Shown here piece after piece: positions 9,874 through 20,112 of a stretch of 64,000 nt of DNA; the stretch's first letter is position 1; the number at the start of each line of letters is the position of its first letter. Both the position numbers and the translations under genes were made by a program. The stretch is from positions 62,001 through 126,000 of IMG/VR virus record IMGVR_UViG_3300031951_000003. The stretch is one strand, 5' to 3'. The notes beneath the pieces are model-generated. The model worked only from the letters and a program-made list of their open reading frames with translations. It was not told the origin of the DNA and searched no databases.

Positions 9874-10509
9874 TTAATAAATCTTATTCAGAACAAAAAT
9901 ATCACTGAAAATTGAGTTCAAAGGACTATTAGAACTAAACTGAGCAGTCACATTCAGAGTATTCGGAATAGTTGTATCAAAGGTTGTATCGTTTACAGTA
10001 TTGAACGCAAAACCTGCAGGAACACCACTTGATTGTTTTGTTGTATGAAATACTCCAAGAGATACAATATCGGCAACTCCAGCAACACCAAGAGTTCTAA
10101 TTGTAAAATTTATTGAGAACTGCCAAACATCGTCTGTCGCTGAACTCATAGTTTGTACACCACTGTCCGCCAACACAACTGAACCCGCCTTCACACGGAT
10201 TTGAATTGTGTCTCCATTTTTTGAAGACAATAACCCACCAAAATCCGCTCTAAAAGAATCCCCAATTTGAAATTGATTCGCACCAACGGTAAGAGTTCCA
10301 ACACCCCCATTGATTAAAGTCCCTTCAACAGTTGTTGCACTAATTGATACGCTATTTGCCGTTTGGGAAAATAATCCATAAACAGTTGGAAATGGTGCTA
10401 ATGTGCTATTTTTAACACGATAAGTTACTCCTCCTTGAGCAACTGCGAATTCAGCGTTGGCAGTCATCGCGGTTAATTCTGGTAATGCAGATATTGGTAA
10501 ATTAGGCAT
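9874..10509 (-). CDS. Putative virion/tail-associated protein
   Basis: N-terminal MPNLPISALPELT, seen in phage fibre-type proteins; beta-rich composition. Confidence 0.55.
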   Translation of the reverse strand: MPNLPISALPELTAMTANAEFAVAQGGVTYRVKNSTLAPFPTVYGLFSQTANSVSISATTVEGTLINGGVGTLTVGANQFQIGDSFRADFGGLLSSKNGDTIQIRVKAGSVVLADSGVQTMSSATDDVWQFSINFTIRTLGVAGVADIVSLGVFHTTKQSSGVPAGFAFNTVNDTTFDTTIPNTLNVTAQFSSNSPLNSIFSDIFVLNKIY

Positions 10510-10510
10510 A

Positions 10511-10786
10511 TTATGTAATTAAAATTTTGTAATTATCCTCTTGGTCAAGGGTTGAATAATCTTCTTGTAATAAATAGTTTGTATCGGGGTTAGAAATATA
10601 GGTATAACATGTTTGGTCAAAAGCCCCAAAATAAAGTTCATAACTTCCATTAAAATATTCCAACTCAACCGTATATGGTAACACATTTGCACCCAAGCTC
10701 ACAGTTCCTCCCGTATCAGGATAAAAGGTAATATTGGCTATCTGACCATTAAAATTCGTGCTTGATATTTGTACTCCTGTAGTCAT
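10511..10786 (-). CDS. Small putative virion protein
   Basis: Lies in the operon between structural-type genes; C-terminal YLLQED motif. Confidence 0.55.
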   Translation of the reverse strand: MTTGVQISSTNFNGQIANITFYPDTGGTVSLGANVLPYTVELEYFNGSYELYFGAFDQTCYTYISNPDTNYLLQEDYSTLDQEDNYKILIT

Positions 10787-10787
10787 T

Positions 10788-13700
10788 TTATAATAGTGGT
10801 ATATTCCATTTATTTGATAGATATTGTTGGACAGATTGTAACTCCGATGGAGATAAAGCTCTACTGTAAGCTAACACATCAAACAAAAATCCATTATAGA
10901 AGAACTGTGTGGTTCCCGCGGGTGCTCCCGTATAGGATACTCCCAAGAACACATAATCAAGAAGTGCATTTGTTGTTGTTCCAACATTAGTTATATAGGT
11001 CAAGGTTTGTCCTGAACCATCAATATAAAACTTTAATTTATCTTGATTGGTCACACCTGTTCCACTAAACACATAAGATATAATGTGTGGATTTGTATTA
11101 ACAACACCACCCGTAGCAAAACCACCACCAGCCGCAATGTTGTATGTTGAACCACTTTGTCTTATGTATGTTGCATCCAACCCTGTATTTCCATCAGAAC
11201 CTCCCTGAATATATTGAGCCGTATTAGTTGAATTGAGTGTCTTAACAACCATAATGATTGTTTGTCCTGATTTTGATGATAAGTCAACAAGAGGGTTTAC
11301 ACTTAAACCATCTGAGGTTCCATTGAACCAAACTCCTCCTAAACCATTTTGAACACCGCTCCACCATTCAGGAGAAGGACCAGCTCCACCACCAATTGGG
11401 TTGGCATTGTGCGCACTTGCAGATGAATCTTCCCATTGTGTAAATGTCGAACCACTTGTTGCATTAGGGTTAAATTGGTCACCAGTCTGACCTTGATAAT
11501 AAATTTCAAGGGTTGGGTCACTTGGTACAATCGCTTGAGTTGGTGTAGGTGTTACATCTGGTGTGTTGGTTTGTGTTGGAGTACTTGTTACCTCAGGTGT
11601 TGGTGTTTGAGTTGGAGTTTCAGTAGGTGTTGGACTTGGTTCATTTGTTGGTGTTGGTGTCTGAGTTGACGAAGGAGTAGGTGTTGGTAGTAAGGTTATT
11701 TGAATATCACAAACAGGATTAGGTGTTACATCAGGTGTTGGTGTTTGAGTTGGAGTTTCAGTATTAGTAGGAGTATTAGTAGGTGTATCTGTGATTGTTG
11801 GAGTTGTAGTATTAGTAGGAGTATTAGTAGGTGTATCTGTAATTGTTGGAGTTGTAGTATTAGTAGGAGTATTAGTAGGTGTATCTGTAATTGTTGGAGT
11901 AGGCGTAGATGTAGAAGTATCGGTTATGGTTGGTGTTACAGTATTAGTAGGTGTTTGAGTTGGAGACTCAGTTGGCGTATTTGTAGGAGTTTCAGTTGGA
12001 GTGTTAGTAGGAGTTTCTGTTGGTGTTTGGGTTACGGTTTCTATCGGGGTTCCTGTTGGAGTGTTAGTAGGAGTTTCTGTTGGAGTCTCAGTTTGAGTTG
12101 GTGTCTCAGTCGGAGTGTTAGTAGGAGTCTCTGTAGGAGTTCCGGTGTTAGTTGGAGTTTGTGTTATGGTTTCTGTTGGAGTCTCAGTAGGAGTTTGTGT
12201 TGGTGTCTCAGTTTGAGTTGGGGTATTTGTTGGGGTTTCACTCGGAGTTTGTGTTGGCGTCTCACTCGGAGTCTGTGTAACCGTTGATGTTGGTGTTGTT
12301 GTAGGACATATTGAGAAACTACCAATTGTGAACCCCTCTGAATCAAGTTCAACCACAATGTTATTATATGAATAATATCCAGAAAGATTAACCGTGTTTG
12401 AACCCGTAGGAGAATCAAAGAATTGATTATTCTCATCGAAGTTCTCAAACTCACCATATATAATTCCATTATCAACACATTGACATGCATCAATCAAAGT
12501 AGTTCCCGAACAAACATTAAACGCGAATCTCAATTTCGTCGGTGTTGGAGTGTTGGTAGGTGTTTCGGTTGGAGTTTCAGTTGGTGTCTCCGAAGGTGTG
12601 GATGTAGGAGTTGATGTTTCTGTAGGAGTATTTGTTGGTGTCTCGGTAGGTGTAGGTGTTTGAGTTTCAGTTGCAGTTGGAGTTTGACCAGGACTTGCAG
12701 TAATTGAAGGTGTAGGAGTATTTGTTGGGGTTTCTGATGGCGTAACGGTTGGTGTTTCCGTACTTGTTGGTGTCAAGGTTGGTGTTTCCGAAGCGGTAAT
12801 CGAAGGTGTTGGTGTTACAGTAGGAGTTACTGTAGGTGAAGGTGTTGGTAAAATTAAAACTCTACAGTCAGGACACTTAGGGTCTAACAAATCATATTTG
12901 TCTTTTTGAATTTTGAAATTGTGCCAAATCTGTGAAGCATTTAAAGGCTCTGTATACATTCTAAATGCACTAATGTCCCCAATTAAACTGCCACCAAAAT
13001 ATTCTTCAAGTTTGATGTGTGTTGTTAAACCTGAATAGATTGTGTTGTCCAAATCATGTGTTGTTAAACACTCTGGGTCTTGTTGATAAACTATTTCGTC
13101 AACAGTTTCAGGACATCCTCCTGAGAATGTAAGGTTGTCGTGTAATCCCTGTGTTCCACCACCAACAGAAATGTTATAAGAAACGCCTATTTGTTTTTCT
13201 CTTGGTGTGTCTAAAAGTCTCGGAATAATCTCTTCAAAGTTTTCAACAACCATGAAAAGTCTACCATTTACGTATAACTTGAATTTACCCAAACGGTATA
13301 TTTGTTCAAGTGTCCAATTGTCATTAAAAGTTACAATTTCAGTTGTTGCCGGGTCATAATCTTTCTCATGGGTTAGAGGAGGTTCAATAAGACTAACACT
13401 ATTGTGAGCAGGAGTAGCGGTATAGATTGTTTCTGTTATCAAACCTAATCCCCCTTTTTCATATAAATCACAAGTATCAAACCATTCATTTCTTTCAAAA
13501 ACAGCATCTATTTGTACCCAATGCTCAAGCTTTGAATAATCAGTTTGTTCACAATCATGGAAGATACCCCTTGTTGAACACCATTCATTTACTGTAACAC
13601 CAGTAACATAAGTTAAACCCGACAGGCATGCACCTGTAAATTCACAATCCCCTGTAATTCTATATGTTTTAACACACAGTCTTGGATTACCAGTGTCCCC

Positions 13701-14717
13701 ACTCAATCTCAAAGAAAGTGCATTTGACACTCCGTCATATAGTGGGTCTAGCTCAGGATACTTGACAGTTGTTTCACAATTACACGGACAACCACAGGAG
13801 CAATTTGTTGATGTTCCTCCCGATTGTTGATAAACTTTCATACAAGAATGTTCAGCGGTAATTCCCGTCAGTAGACATTCGCAGGTATGCATACAAGTCA
13901 ACCCAGATGTAACTCTTGTGTAACCTGTATCTTGTTTTGGGTGTCCGTCCGCATAATGATAAAATTTGTTTTCGGCTCTCGCACCCATGTAGAAGAATGC
14001 CCCTTTATTTTCAGGGTATCTTTTATTCAAACCTACATTTGTATCACCAGTCCATCTATAACGTAACATAACCTCAGTTGTCCAACCCCAATGAGGTCTT
14101 TGAGGGAATACTTGATAGGTATAACCTGGTAACTTATAGAATCCTTGGTAAAATCCTCCATTCAATCTGGCAAAATTTCCTACTAAATCACCATAACTGT
14201 CATACGATAAATCGTAGGTATATGAATCATCATTCCAAAGACGGTTACTTGTTGTTGTAAAACCTGTGATAGGATGAAGTTTCATTCTCCTATCATATTT
14301 GTATCTTGAAAACTTGTCGGATATGTTTGTATATAGACCAGTCGTTATCTCAATTGTTTCACCCGACATTCTTTTTACTAAACCATTATCAATACCCGTA
14401 AGACCAACATCACAAAGAGTTTGTGCTGATGGACAAAAATTTGGGTCGAGGTTGTCTGGGTTCCAGTAGTTTTCGGATACTATGGTATCAAAATCAAATG
14501 TTACCGCAGAGACTGTCGCAACAGTTGTCCCTGTCGAATTAAATTCAAATTTAAAAGGCATTCTATTACCGTCATCATCACCAATTAATAATGGTGAAAA
14601 AATTACCTCTTGGTCAAAGGTTTTTTCGTCTGACGCAAGACAAATATCCGTTATTTCATTAACAGGTAATAGGCCTAACCTTCTAAAATTGTATTGATTA
14701 ATATTCTGATACGACAT
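10788..14717 (-). CDS. Large mucin-like putative virion protein (1309 aa) with LamG/ConA-like domains and long Thr-Pro tracts
   Basis: [22 protein letters not shown] and [28 protein letters not shown] are LamG-type C-terminal patterns; hundreds of residues of TP repeats in the middle; TATTTATC upstream. Confidence 0.8.
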   Translation of the reverse strand: MSYQNINQYNFRRLGLLPVNEITDICLASDEKTFDQEVIFSPLLIGDDDGNRMPFKFEFNSTGTTVATVSAVTFDFDTIVSENYWNPDNLDPNFCPSAQTLCDVGLTGIDNGLVKRMSGETIEITTGLYTNISDKFSRYKYDRRMKLHPITGFTTTSNRLWNDDSYTYDLSYDSYGDLVGNFARLNGGFYQGFYKLPGYTYQVFPQRPHWGWTTEVMLRYRWTGDTNVGLNKRYPENKGAFFYMGARAENKFYHYADGHPKQDTGYTRVTSGLTCMHTCECLLTGITAEHSCMKVYQQSGGTSTNCSCGCPCNCETTVKYPELDPLYDGVSNALSLRLSGDTGNPRLCVKTYRITGDCEFTGACLSGLTYVTGVTVNEWCSTRGIFHDCEQTDYSKLEHWVQIDAVFERNEWFDTCDLYEKGGLGLITETIYTATPAHNSVSLIEPPLTHEKDYDPATTEIVTFNDNWTLEQIYRLGKFKLYVNGRLFMVVENFEEIIPRLLDTPREKQIGVSYNISVGGGTQGLHDNLTFSGGCPETVDEIVYQQDPECLTTHDLDNTIYSGLTTHIKLEEYFGGSLIGDISAFRMYTEPLNASQIWHNFKIQKDKYDLLDPKCPDCRVLILPTPSPTVTPTVTPTPSITASETPTLTPTSTETPTVTPSETPTNTPTPSITASPGQTPTATETQTPTPTETPTNTPTETSTPTSTPSETPTETPTETPTNTPTPTKLRFAFNVCSGTTLIDACQCVDNGIIYGEFENFDENNQFFDSPTGSNTVNLSGYYSYNNIVVELDSEGFTIGSFSICPTTTPTSTVTQTPSETPTQTPSETPTNTPTQTETPTQTPTETPTETITQTPTNTGTPTETPTNTPTETPTQTETPTETPTNTPTGTPIETVTQTPTETPTNTPTETPTNTPTESPTQTPTNTVTPTITDTSTSTPTPTITDTPTNTPTNTTTPTITDTPTNTPTNTTTPTITDTPTNTPTNTETPTQTPTPDVTPNPVCDIQITLLPTPTPSSTQTPTPTNEPSPTPTETPTQTPTPEVTSTPTQTNTPDVTPTPTQAIVPSDPTLEIYYQGQTGDQFNPNATSGSTFTQWEDSSASAHNANPIGGGAGPSPEWWSGVQNGLGGVWFNGTSDGLSVNPLVDLSSKSGQTIIMVVKTLNSTNTAQYIQGGSDGNTGLDATYIRQSGSTYNIAAGGGFATGGVVNTNPHIISYVFSGTGVTNQDKLKFYIDGSGQTLTYITNVGTTTNALLDYVFLGVSYTGAPAGTTQFFYNGFLFDVLAYSRALSPSELQSVQQYLSNKWNIPLL
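11761..11904. repeat. 48-bp tandem repeat x3 encoding [16 protein letters not shown]
   Basis: Unit gtattagtaggagtattagtaggtgtatctgt(g/a)attgttggagttgta starting at 11761, 11809 and 11857. Confidence 0.9.
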
Positions 14718-14725
14718 AAACTAAT

Positions 14726-14754
14726 GATAAATACCTTGTGTCATAGTATTTATA
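14726..14754. promoter_or_regulatory. Divergent pair of candidate late-promoter motifs
   Basis: TATTTATC on minus (14726-14733) before the 1309-aa gene and TATTTATA on plus (14747-14754) before the 272-aa gene. Confidence 0.65.
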
Positions 14755-14769
14755 GTTTAAAAAGAAGCG

Positions 14770-15588
14770 ATGATTACAACAGATAAAGAATTTTATTCTT
14801 CACCATATTATTTCTTTTTAAGAGATAAAGGAAAAGACTATTCATTATATTTCTCTGTAGAGCCAACTCTTGTGGAAGCAAGAAAAAAAGATGAAATGAT
14901 TAAGGTCCCTAAATCTAAGGTTAAACACGTCTTAAATTATTTGGAAAAATTATTGAAAAATAAATCAAATAAAAACACAAAAGACATGAAAGGGGAAATT
15001 GAGGAGCTAGTTGCAACCGATGGTTCAATGACAAACTCTAAAATCCCAATCTTAGACCCGAAACTTCACCCTAGAAAAACTATGGACCAAACTGTTGCAG
15101 CTTCCCGTATAACAAACGACCCAATTTCACGTGGTTACAGAACTTACTATGGCGAGTCAATCGAAGAAATGAGCGAAGAGGATATGTCTGCAGCTTTCGG
15201 ATATGAAGAAACAAAAGACCTCGACGGAAAAGAAACTTTCAAGTATTTCAAAGATGAATTAGAAATGGGTTCCGAAGAGGCCAAGGACCGAACAGAACAA
15301 CAAGGCAAAGACCCTTCAGGTAAAAGAGACAAAAAGTCAAAATACAGAAAAGACCCTAATTTTATTTCAAGACAAATTTTACCTGAAATCCAAAAACAAA
15401 AAGCAATAAAAATGTTAGAGGATATGTTGGCCAAGAAAAAGGATTCGTCGAACGCAGACATTTCAGAAAAAGAAAAAAATATAGAAGTTTCAAGTCTGCT
15501 TAAGAAAAATGCGAAATCTTTGTTGAAACAAATGGAAAAAGAAGGATTATCTAAAAAAGACTTTTTGAAATTACTAGACGGTGAATAA
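14770..15588 (+). CDS. Hypothetical protein (272 aa), possible head-associated
   Basis: Long ORF after a TATTTATA motif; highly charged. Confidence 0.7.
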   Translation: MITTDKEFYSSPYYFFLRDKGKDYSLYFSVEPTLVEARKKDEMIKVPKSKVKHVLNYLEKLLKNKSNKNTKDMKGEIEELVATDGSMTNSKIPILDPKLHPRKTMDQTVAASRITNDPISRGYRTYYGESIEEMSEEDMSAAFGYEETKDLDGKETFKYFKDELEMGSEEAKDRTEQQGKDPSGKRDKKSKYRKDPNFISRQILPEIQKQKAIKMLEDMLAKKKDSSNADISEKEKNIEVSSLLKKNAKSLLKQMEKEGLSKKDFLKLLDGE

Positions 15589-16048
15589 AGATTTATACGA
15601 TAAGGAAATTGAATTACCCGCACACATAAGAAAGCATCTAAAAAAATCTTTCAAATATGTGGGAGAAGTTGATGAAAACACTGAAGGACTTAAAAGAAAT
15701 AAAGAACTTCAAGACAAAAGATTTATTGGGTATAAACAATTGAAAAGAATAAAAAACTTTTTCGATAGTTTTAAGGGAAATCAAAACGAAAAGGAATTCA
15801 TTCTAAACGGTGGTCATCTGATGAAAAATTTTGTGAATGATGAGTTAAGAAAAATGAGGGAATTTGGTCACCTTACTAAAAGAAATAAGATGGATGCAGG
15901 AATGCAGAATCAATTTATAAAACCTCACGAAAAAAAGGATTTTACAAATGTGAGACCTTCAAAAGAACATTCGAAAACCGTGGACAAATATACTGCCGCG
16001 GTAACTGAAAGTCTGAAAAGGATAAACGAAATAATTTCAAAATTGTAA
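15581..16048 (+). CDS. Hypothetical protein (155 aa)
   Basis: Overlaps the upstream ORF as in an operon. Confidence 0.7.
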   Translation: MNKDLYDKEIELPAHIRKHLKKSFKYVGEVDENTEGLKRNKELQDKRFIGYKQLKRIKNFFDSFKGNQNEKEFILNGGHLMKNFVNDELRKMREFGHLTKRNKMDAGMQNQFIKPHEKKDFTNVRPSKEHSKTVDKYTAAVTESLKRINEIISKL

Positions 16049-16051
16049 TTT

Positions 16052-16345
16052 ATGTCAGAACAAATCAATGTTGATTTATCACAGAACATACCTAATACCC
16101 TTACCGCTATCGCAGACGCTGAGAGAGCAAAGTTAATTCCAAAAAACGATTTTAATGCGGTTGGGAATGAATACTCATCAGTTAATAGAGACGCTGTTGC
16201 CGACGGTGATTCAATGGGTAGAGGAACGGGAACATTTTTAGATGTTTACAATGTTAATGCAGGAACAATCACAGACATTGTTGAAAGAAAAAATGAAATA
16301 AAAATCAACAAATTCAATTCAAGTAAAACTTACCCTGATTTCTAA
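16052..16345 (+). CDS. Hypothetical protein (97 aa)
   Basis: Tightly coupled ORF in the same operon. Confidence 0.65.
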   Translation: MSEQINVDLSQNIPNTLTAIADAERAKLIPKNDFNAVGNEYSSVNRDAVADGDSMGRGTGTFLDVYNVNAGTITDIVERKNEIKINKFNSSKTYPDF

Positions 16346-16749
16346 TGAATCTAACGAACACACTAAAAGGTTTACTCACGGAGATTGCTTCCATACAAAC
16401 AGTTCAAGATGCTGTCAATGGGAGAAAAGTTTGTGTGATATACTACGATGGTGACGAGCCAGGTGGTAGAGGACTTCGTGAAATAGAGCCCGTGGCTTTA
16501 GGTAAAAGTAAGGCAGGTAATTTAGTCATGAGAGGTTGGGATAGAGAAGGAGCATCTCACACAGGATATAAGGGTGAACAACCTTTACCTGGATGGAGAT
16601 TATTTAGACTTGATAAAATCCTATCTATGAAACCAACAGGTGAAGTTTACAATACTCCGAAACCAAATTATAATTTTAACGGAGATAAGAGTATGGTATC
16701 AGTAATTACGATTGCTAAGTTTGATAATACTCAACCTCAAACAACATAA
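16345..16749 (+). CDS. Stand-alone WYL-domain protein
   Basis: VIYY...REIEPVALG...GNLVMRGWD...WRLFRLDKI matches the WYL pattern. Confidence 0.75.
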   Translation: MNLTNTLKGLLTEIASIQTVQDAVNGRKVCVIYYDGDEPGGRGLREIEPVALGKSKAGNLVMRGWDREGASHTGYKGEQPLPGWRLFRLDKILSMKPTGEVYNTPKPNYNFNGDKSMVSVITIAKFDNTQPQTT

Positions 16750-16753
16750 TTTT

Positions 16754-17359
16754 ATGAACGAGAACGATTTAATGAGTAGATTAGTGGCTTCAAAAGCCAT
16801 AATGGACAGTCCAAAATTCAACCAATCTAGAAATAGTATTAGTGGTGGATTGCCACCAACATCTTTACAAGACTTCGATGTCCCACAAGCAAAATACAAT
16901 ATTCCACAGGAGTATTTACAAGAACAACAATCTGCACCTCTTCTGAGTCAAATCCCAAGAGAAAATACTAAACCTGTTGGAGTTCCTAGTGTCGATGCAA
17001 TCAAGAACTCAAAATTACCTGACGAAATCAAAAGATTAATGATTGAACATCCGATTGCGCAAGCACAACAACAACAAGCAACTCTATCAAATGACTTAGT
17101 AGAAAAAGCTTCAAGATTAATGAAGAGAGAAGATAGTAACTACATTCCTGAATCTGCTAAGAACAAACAAACAACAAAAGTATCCTCAGGTATTGACTAC
17201 AACATGATTCAAAAAATGATTGAAGAGGCCGTAGAGAAAGCATTAGAAAAAAATGGACTTTTGGTTGAAAGTGCAGAAAAAACTAATGAGATTTTCTCTT
17301 TCAAGGTTGGTAAACATATTTTCGAAGGAAAGGTTACAAAGATTAAAAAGTTATCCTAA
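16754..17359 (+). CDS. Hypothetical protein (likely start MNEND at 16754)
   Basis: ATG directly after the WYL stop; Gln/Pro-rich. Confidence 0.65.
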   Translation: MNENDLMSRLVASKAIMDSPKFNQSRNSISGGLPPTSLQDFDVPQAKYNIPQEYLQEQQSAPLLSQIPRENTKPVGVPSVDAIKNSKLPDEIKRLMIEHPIAQAQQQQATLSNDLVEKASRLMKREDSNYIPESAKNKQTTKVSSGIDYNMIQKMIEEAVEKALEKNGLLVESAEKTNEIFSFKVGKHIFEGKVTKIKKLS

Positions 17360-17414
17360 CATATTTCTTTATTCAACATAGATTGTTATATTTCTCCAAT
17401 ATAACAATTTTTTT

Positions 17415-18626
17415 ATGCCCAAAATTAACGTATTAGTTGTCCCATCAGATAGAACAGGTGTTGGCAAATTTAGGTCTGTAGACCCTCACATTTTTCTACA
17501 AAATTTATATCCTGAAGAGTTTCATGTCGATATTATATATGAAGTTCCGTATAACGATGATTCTTTTTGGAAGAAATACCAAATAGTTGCGTTCCATAGA
17601 AGTTTAGGTGCTGATTTCGAAAAAGCCTATGAATTGATTCCGAGATTGAAATCAATGGGAATTAAAACAATATGTGACATCGATGACTATTGGATGCCAG
17701 GTAAGGAACACCCAATCCACGATGTAATAAGATTCAACAAAATAAATGAGAAAATTACAAACAATCTCAAAGTCGCCGAATTTGTTACAACAACTACCTC
17801 AATATTTGCAGACGAAATAAAAAAATTGAACAAAAACGTTTTCGTTTTTCCAAACGCAATTAACCCAACAGAATCACAATTTAAGGAACCAACACCTGAA
17901 TCAGACAGATTACGAGTAGGTTGGCTTGGAGGTTCTTCTCATCTACACGACCTACAGTTGTTAGACCAATCATTCAGTAAGTTATCTAAACTTTCAGACA
18001 AACTACAGTTTGTAATTTGTGGATTTGACACAAGAGGAACAATAACTGAAATCAACCAACAAACAGGAGAACATAAAAAAAGAAACATATTACCACACGA
18101 AACTGTTTGGGCTAATTACGAAAAAATATTCACACAAGATTTCTCTATTGTATCCGAAGAATATAAAAATTATCTTTTGAAATACTCTCAAGAATCTTAC
18201 CCTGAAGAAAACAAAGAATCATATATCAGAGTCTGGACCAAACCAGTTCAGTCATATGCAAAAAACTATTCAAAGTTCGACATATCTTTAGCACCAATTA
18301 AAAATCATATGTTCAACAGAATGAAATCTCAACTTAAAGTAATTGAGGCTGGTTTTTACAAAAAAGCAATAATTGCTTCTAACTTAGGTCCTTATACAAT
18401 AGATTTAAAACACGCTTTAAAAAATGGAGAATTTACAGACGGTAATGCTCTTTTAGTTGAAGAAAATAGAAATCATTCAGATTGGGCTAAGTTTATAGAA
18501 AAATTAGAAAAAAATAGAAATTGGGTTACCGATTTAGGTGAAAGGTTGTATGAAACCGTGAAGGACAAATATGATTTGAACATAGTCACCAAACATAGAG
18601 CAGAGTTTTATAAATCTATATTATGA
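17415..18626 (+). CDS. GT-B (GT4-like) glycosyltransferase
   Basis: DIDDYW, VGWLGGSSH and DISLAPI...KSQLKVIEAG...IIASNLGPY are typical of phage GT4-like enzymes. Confidence 0.8.
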   Translation: MPKINVLVVPSDRTGVGKFRSVDPHIFLQNLYPEEFHVDIIYEVPYNDDSFWKKYQIVAFHRSLGADFEKAYELIPRLKSMGIKTICDIDDYWMPGKEHPIHDVIRFNKINEKITNNLKVAEFVTTTTSIFADEIKKLNKNVFVFPNAINPTESQFKEPTPESDRLRVGWLGGSSHLHDLQLLDQSFSKLSKLSDKLQFVICGFDTRGTITEINQQTGEHKKRNILPHETVWANYEKIFTQDFSIVSEEYKNYLLKYSQESYPEENKESYIRVWTKPVQSYAKNYSKFDISLAPIKNHMFNRMKSQLKVIEAGFYKKAIIASNLGPYTIDLKHALKNGEFTDGNALLVEENRNHSDWAKFIEKLEKNRNWVTDLGERLYETVKDKYDLNIVTKHRAEFYKSIL

Positions 18627-19324
18627 TAAACATTCCACTTAGTAAGATTCTTTTTTTAGATATCGAAACCGTTGGAGTCCAACCCAATTGGGATTCCTTG
18701 GTAAAAAACCAACCAGCGTTGTCTTTCCAATTTGAAAACTATTTTGATTGGTTTCAAAAAAGATTCCCAGAAGATGCGGACAAACCAATCGGTGATATGT
18801 TCGTCAATAGAGCGGCACTTGTCCCTGAGTTTGCAAGAATTGCATGTATAAGTGTTGCATTTGTGACCGAACAAGGTAACACACGAATGCAATCTTTCAG
18901 TGACCCTGATGAGAAAAAGATATTATTTGAAGTTCAGAAACTTTTACAAAAAGTTGGGGAGTTAGGTTTTTTTCTTTGTGGACATAATGTAAAAGGTTTT
19001 GACATTCCAATGTTGGCTAAAAGAATGATTATAAACGGTTTTCAACCACCAAAGATATTACCAGGACACGATACGAAACCTTGGGAAATAAAGGCTTTTG
19101 ACACTAAGGAATTTTGGCAATACGGTGGCTATGGCTCAATTGCATCCTTGGAACTTATGTGTGTATGTTTGGGTGTAGAATCTTCGAAGACCATGGAAAT
19201 TACAGGTAATAAGGTTCATGACGCTTTTTGGGTAAAAAAAGATATTGAAGGTATTGTAAAATATTGTGAGAAAGATGTGTCTGTATTAATTGATGTAATT
19301 AAAAAAATTCAAAAACTTAAATAA
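18623..19324 (+). CDS. PolB-like 3'-5' exonuclease (DEDD)
   Basis: FLDIETV, GHNVKGFDIP and YCEKDV motifs. Confidence 0.85.
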   Translation: MINIPLSKILFLDIETVGVQPNWDSLVKNQPALSFQFENYFDWFQKRFPEDADKPIGDMFVNRAALVPEFARIACISVAFVTEQGNTRMQSFSDPDEKKILFEVQKLLQKVGELGFFLCGHNVKGFDIPMLAKRMIINGFQPPKILPGHDTKPWEIKAFDTKEFWQYGGYGSIASLELMCVCLGVESSKTMEITGNKVHDAFWVKKDIEGIVKYCEKDVSVLIDVIKKIQKLK

Positions 19325-19325
19325 C

Positions 19326-19931
19326 ATGCAAAAAAAAGATGAAGAACTTCTGAAAGAAATCATGGAACAATTCCAAAGGATAAAGGATGAGGTAGGTATG
19401 GAACCTGATGAGAATTACCAACGTGAGTTGGAAGATTTATTTGGGATGTCCATGGAACAAATGAATGCCGACGCAACAATTGCATTACAGACACAAACGG
19501 TTGAGATTGAACTAATTCATGAGGACGCAATCTTTCCATCATATAACTACCCAACTGATTCAGGATTTGATTTATATTCTGTTGATGAAATGACCTTAGA
19601 ACCATTTGGAAGAGGTTTGGTTTCTACTGGTCTAAAGTTCAATTTCGAAGAGGGATATGAAATACAAATAAGAACCAAAAGTGGATTAGCAGTTAATCAA
19701 GGTTTAATGGTCTTAAACTCGCCAGGCACCGTAGACCAAGGATACACAGGGGAAATAAAAGTGCCTGTTTTTAATGCAAACCCAACCAAATTTACAATCT
19801 CAAAAAACATGAAAGTTGCTCAAGCAGTTCTTTGTCCTGTGAAAAACGGAAGATTTGTCAATTTAGTTCCTGTTGATGAGATTGGTCAAAAAGACAGGGG
19901 AGACAATGGTTTTGGAAGCACAGGAATTTAA
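19326..19931 (+). CDS. dut: Trimeric dUTPase with an acidic N-terminal extension
   Basis: SGFDL, RTKSG, GTVDQGYTGEIKV and RGDNGFGSTG motifs. Confidence 0.95.
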   Translation: MQKKDEELLKEIMEQFQRIKDEVGMEPDENYQRELEDLFGMSMEQMNADATIALQTQTVEIELIHEDAIFPSYNYPTDSGFDLYSVDEMTLEPFGRGLVSTGLKFNFEEGYEIQIRTKSGLAVNQGLMVLNSPGTVDQGYTGEIKVPVFNANPTKFTISKNMKVAQAVLCPVKNGRFVNLVPVDEIGQKDRGDNGFGSTGI

Positions 19932-19941
19932 ATTTTTGATA

Positions 19942-20112
19942 ATGGGAAAATACTACGAAAATCTGGACACTTTGATTGAATTAATCAAAAAACTAGAGAG
20001 GAAACATTTGCTCGCTGAGTTTATTTTGGATTGCATCCAAATATCCAAAATTGACCCCAACAAAACACCACACGAAATTATAAAAGAAGCAAAGAAAAAA
20101 AGATTAGGATAA
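19942..20112 (+). CDS. Small hypothetical protein (likely start MGKYY)
   Basis: Fills the gap between dut and the next glycosyltransferase. Confidence 0.5.
   Translation: MGKYYENLDTLIELIKKLERKHLLAEFILDCIQISKIDPNKTPHEIIKEAKKKRLG

Noticed and set aside
11339-12614. Several 60-195 aa ORFs overlapping the 1309-aa gene (e.g. Cys/Trp/Arg-rich 11700-12287)
   Set aside because: They are shadows of TP-repeat codons in alternative frames or strands, where stop codons are depleted by the low complexity.
7804-14717. Dense short direct repeats resembling a CRISPR or DGR array
   Set aside because: The repeats are in-frame coding for Thr-Pro tracts with no unique spacers; no cas or reverse transcriptase gene is present.
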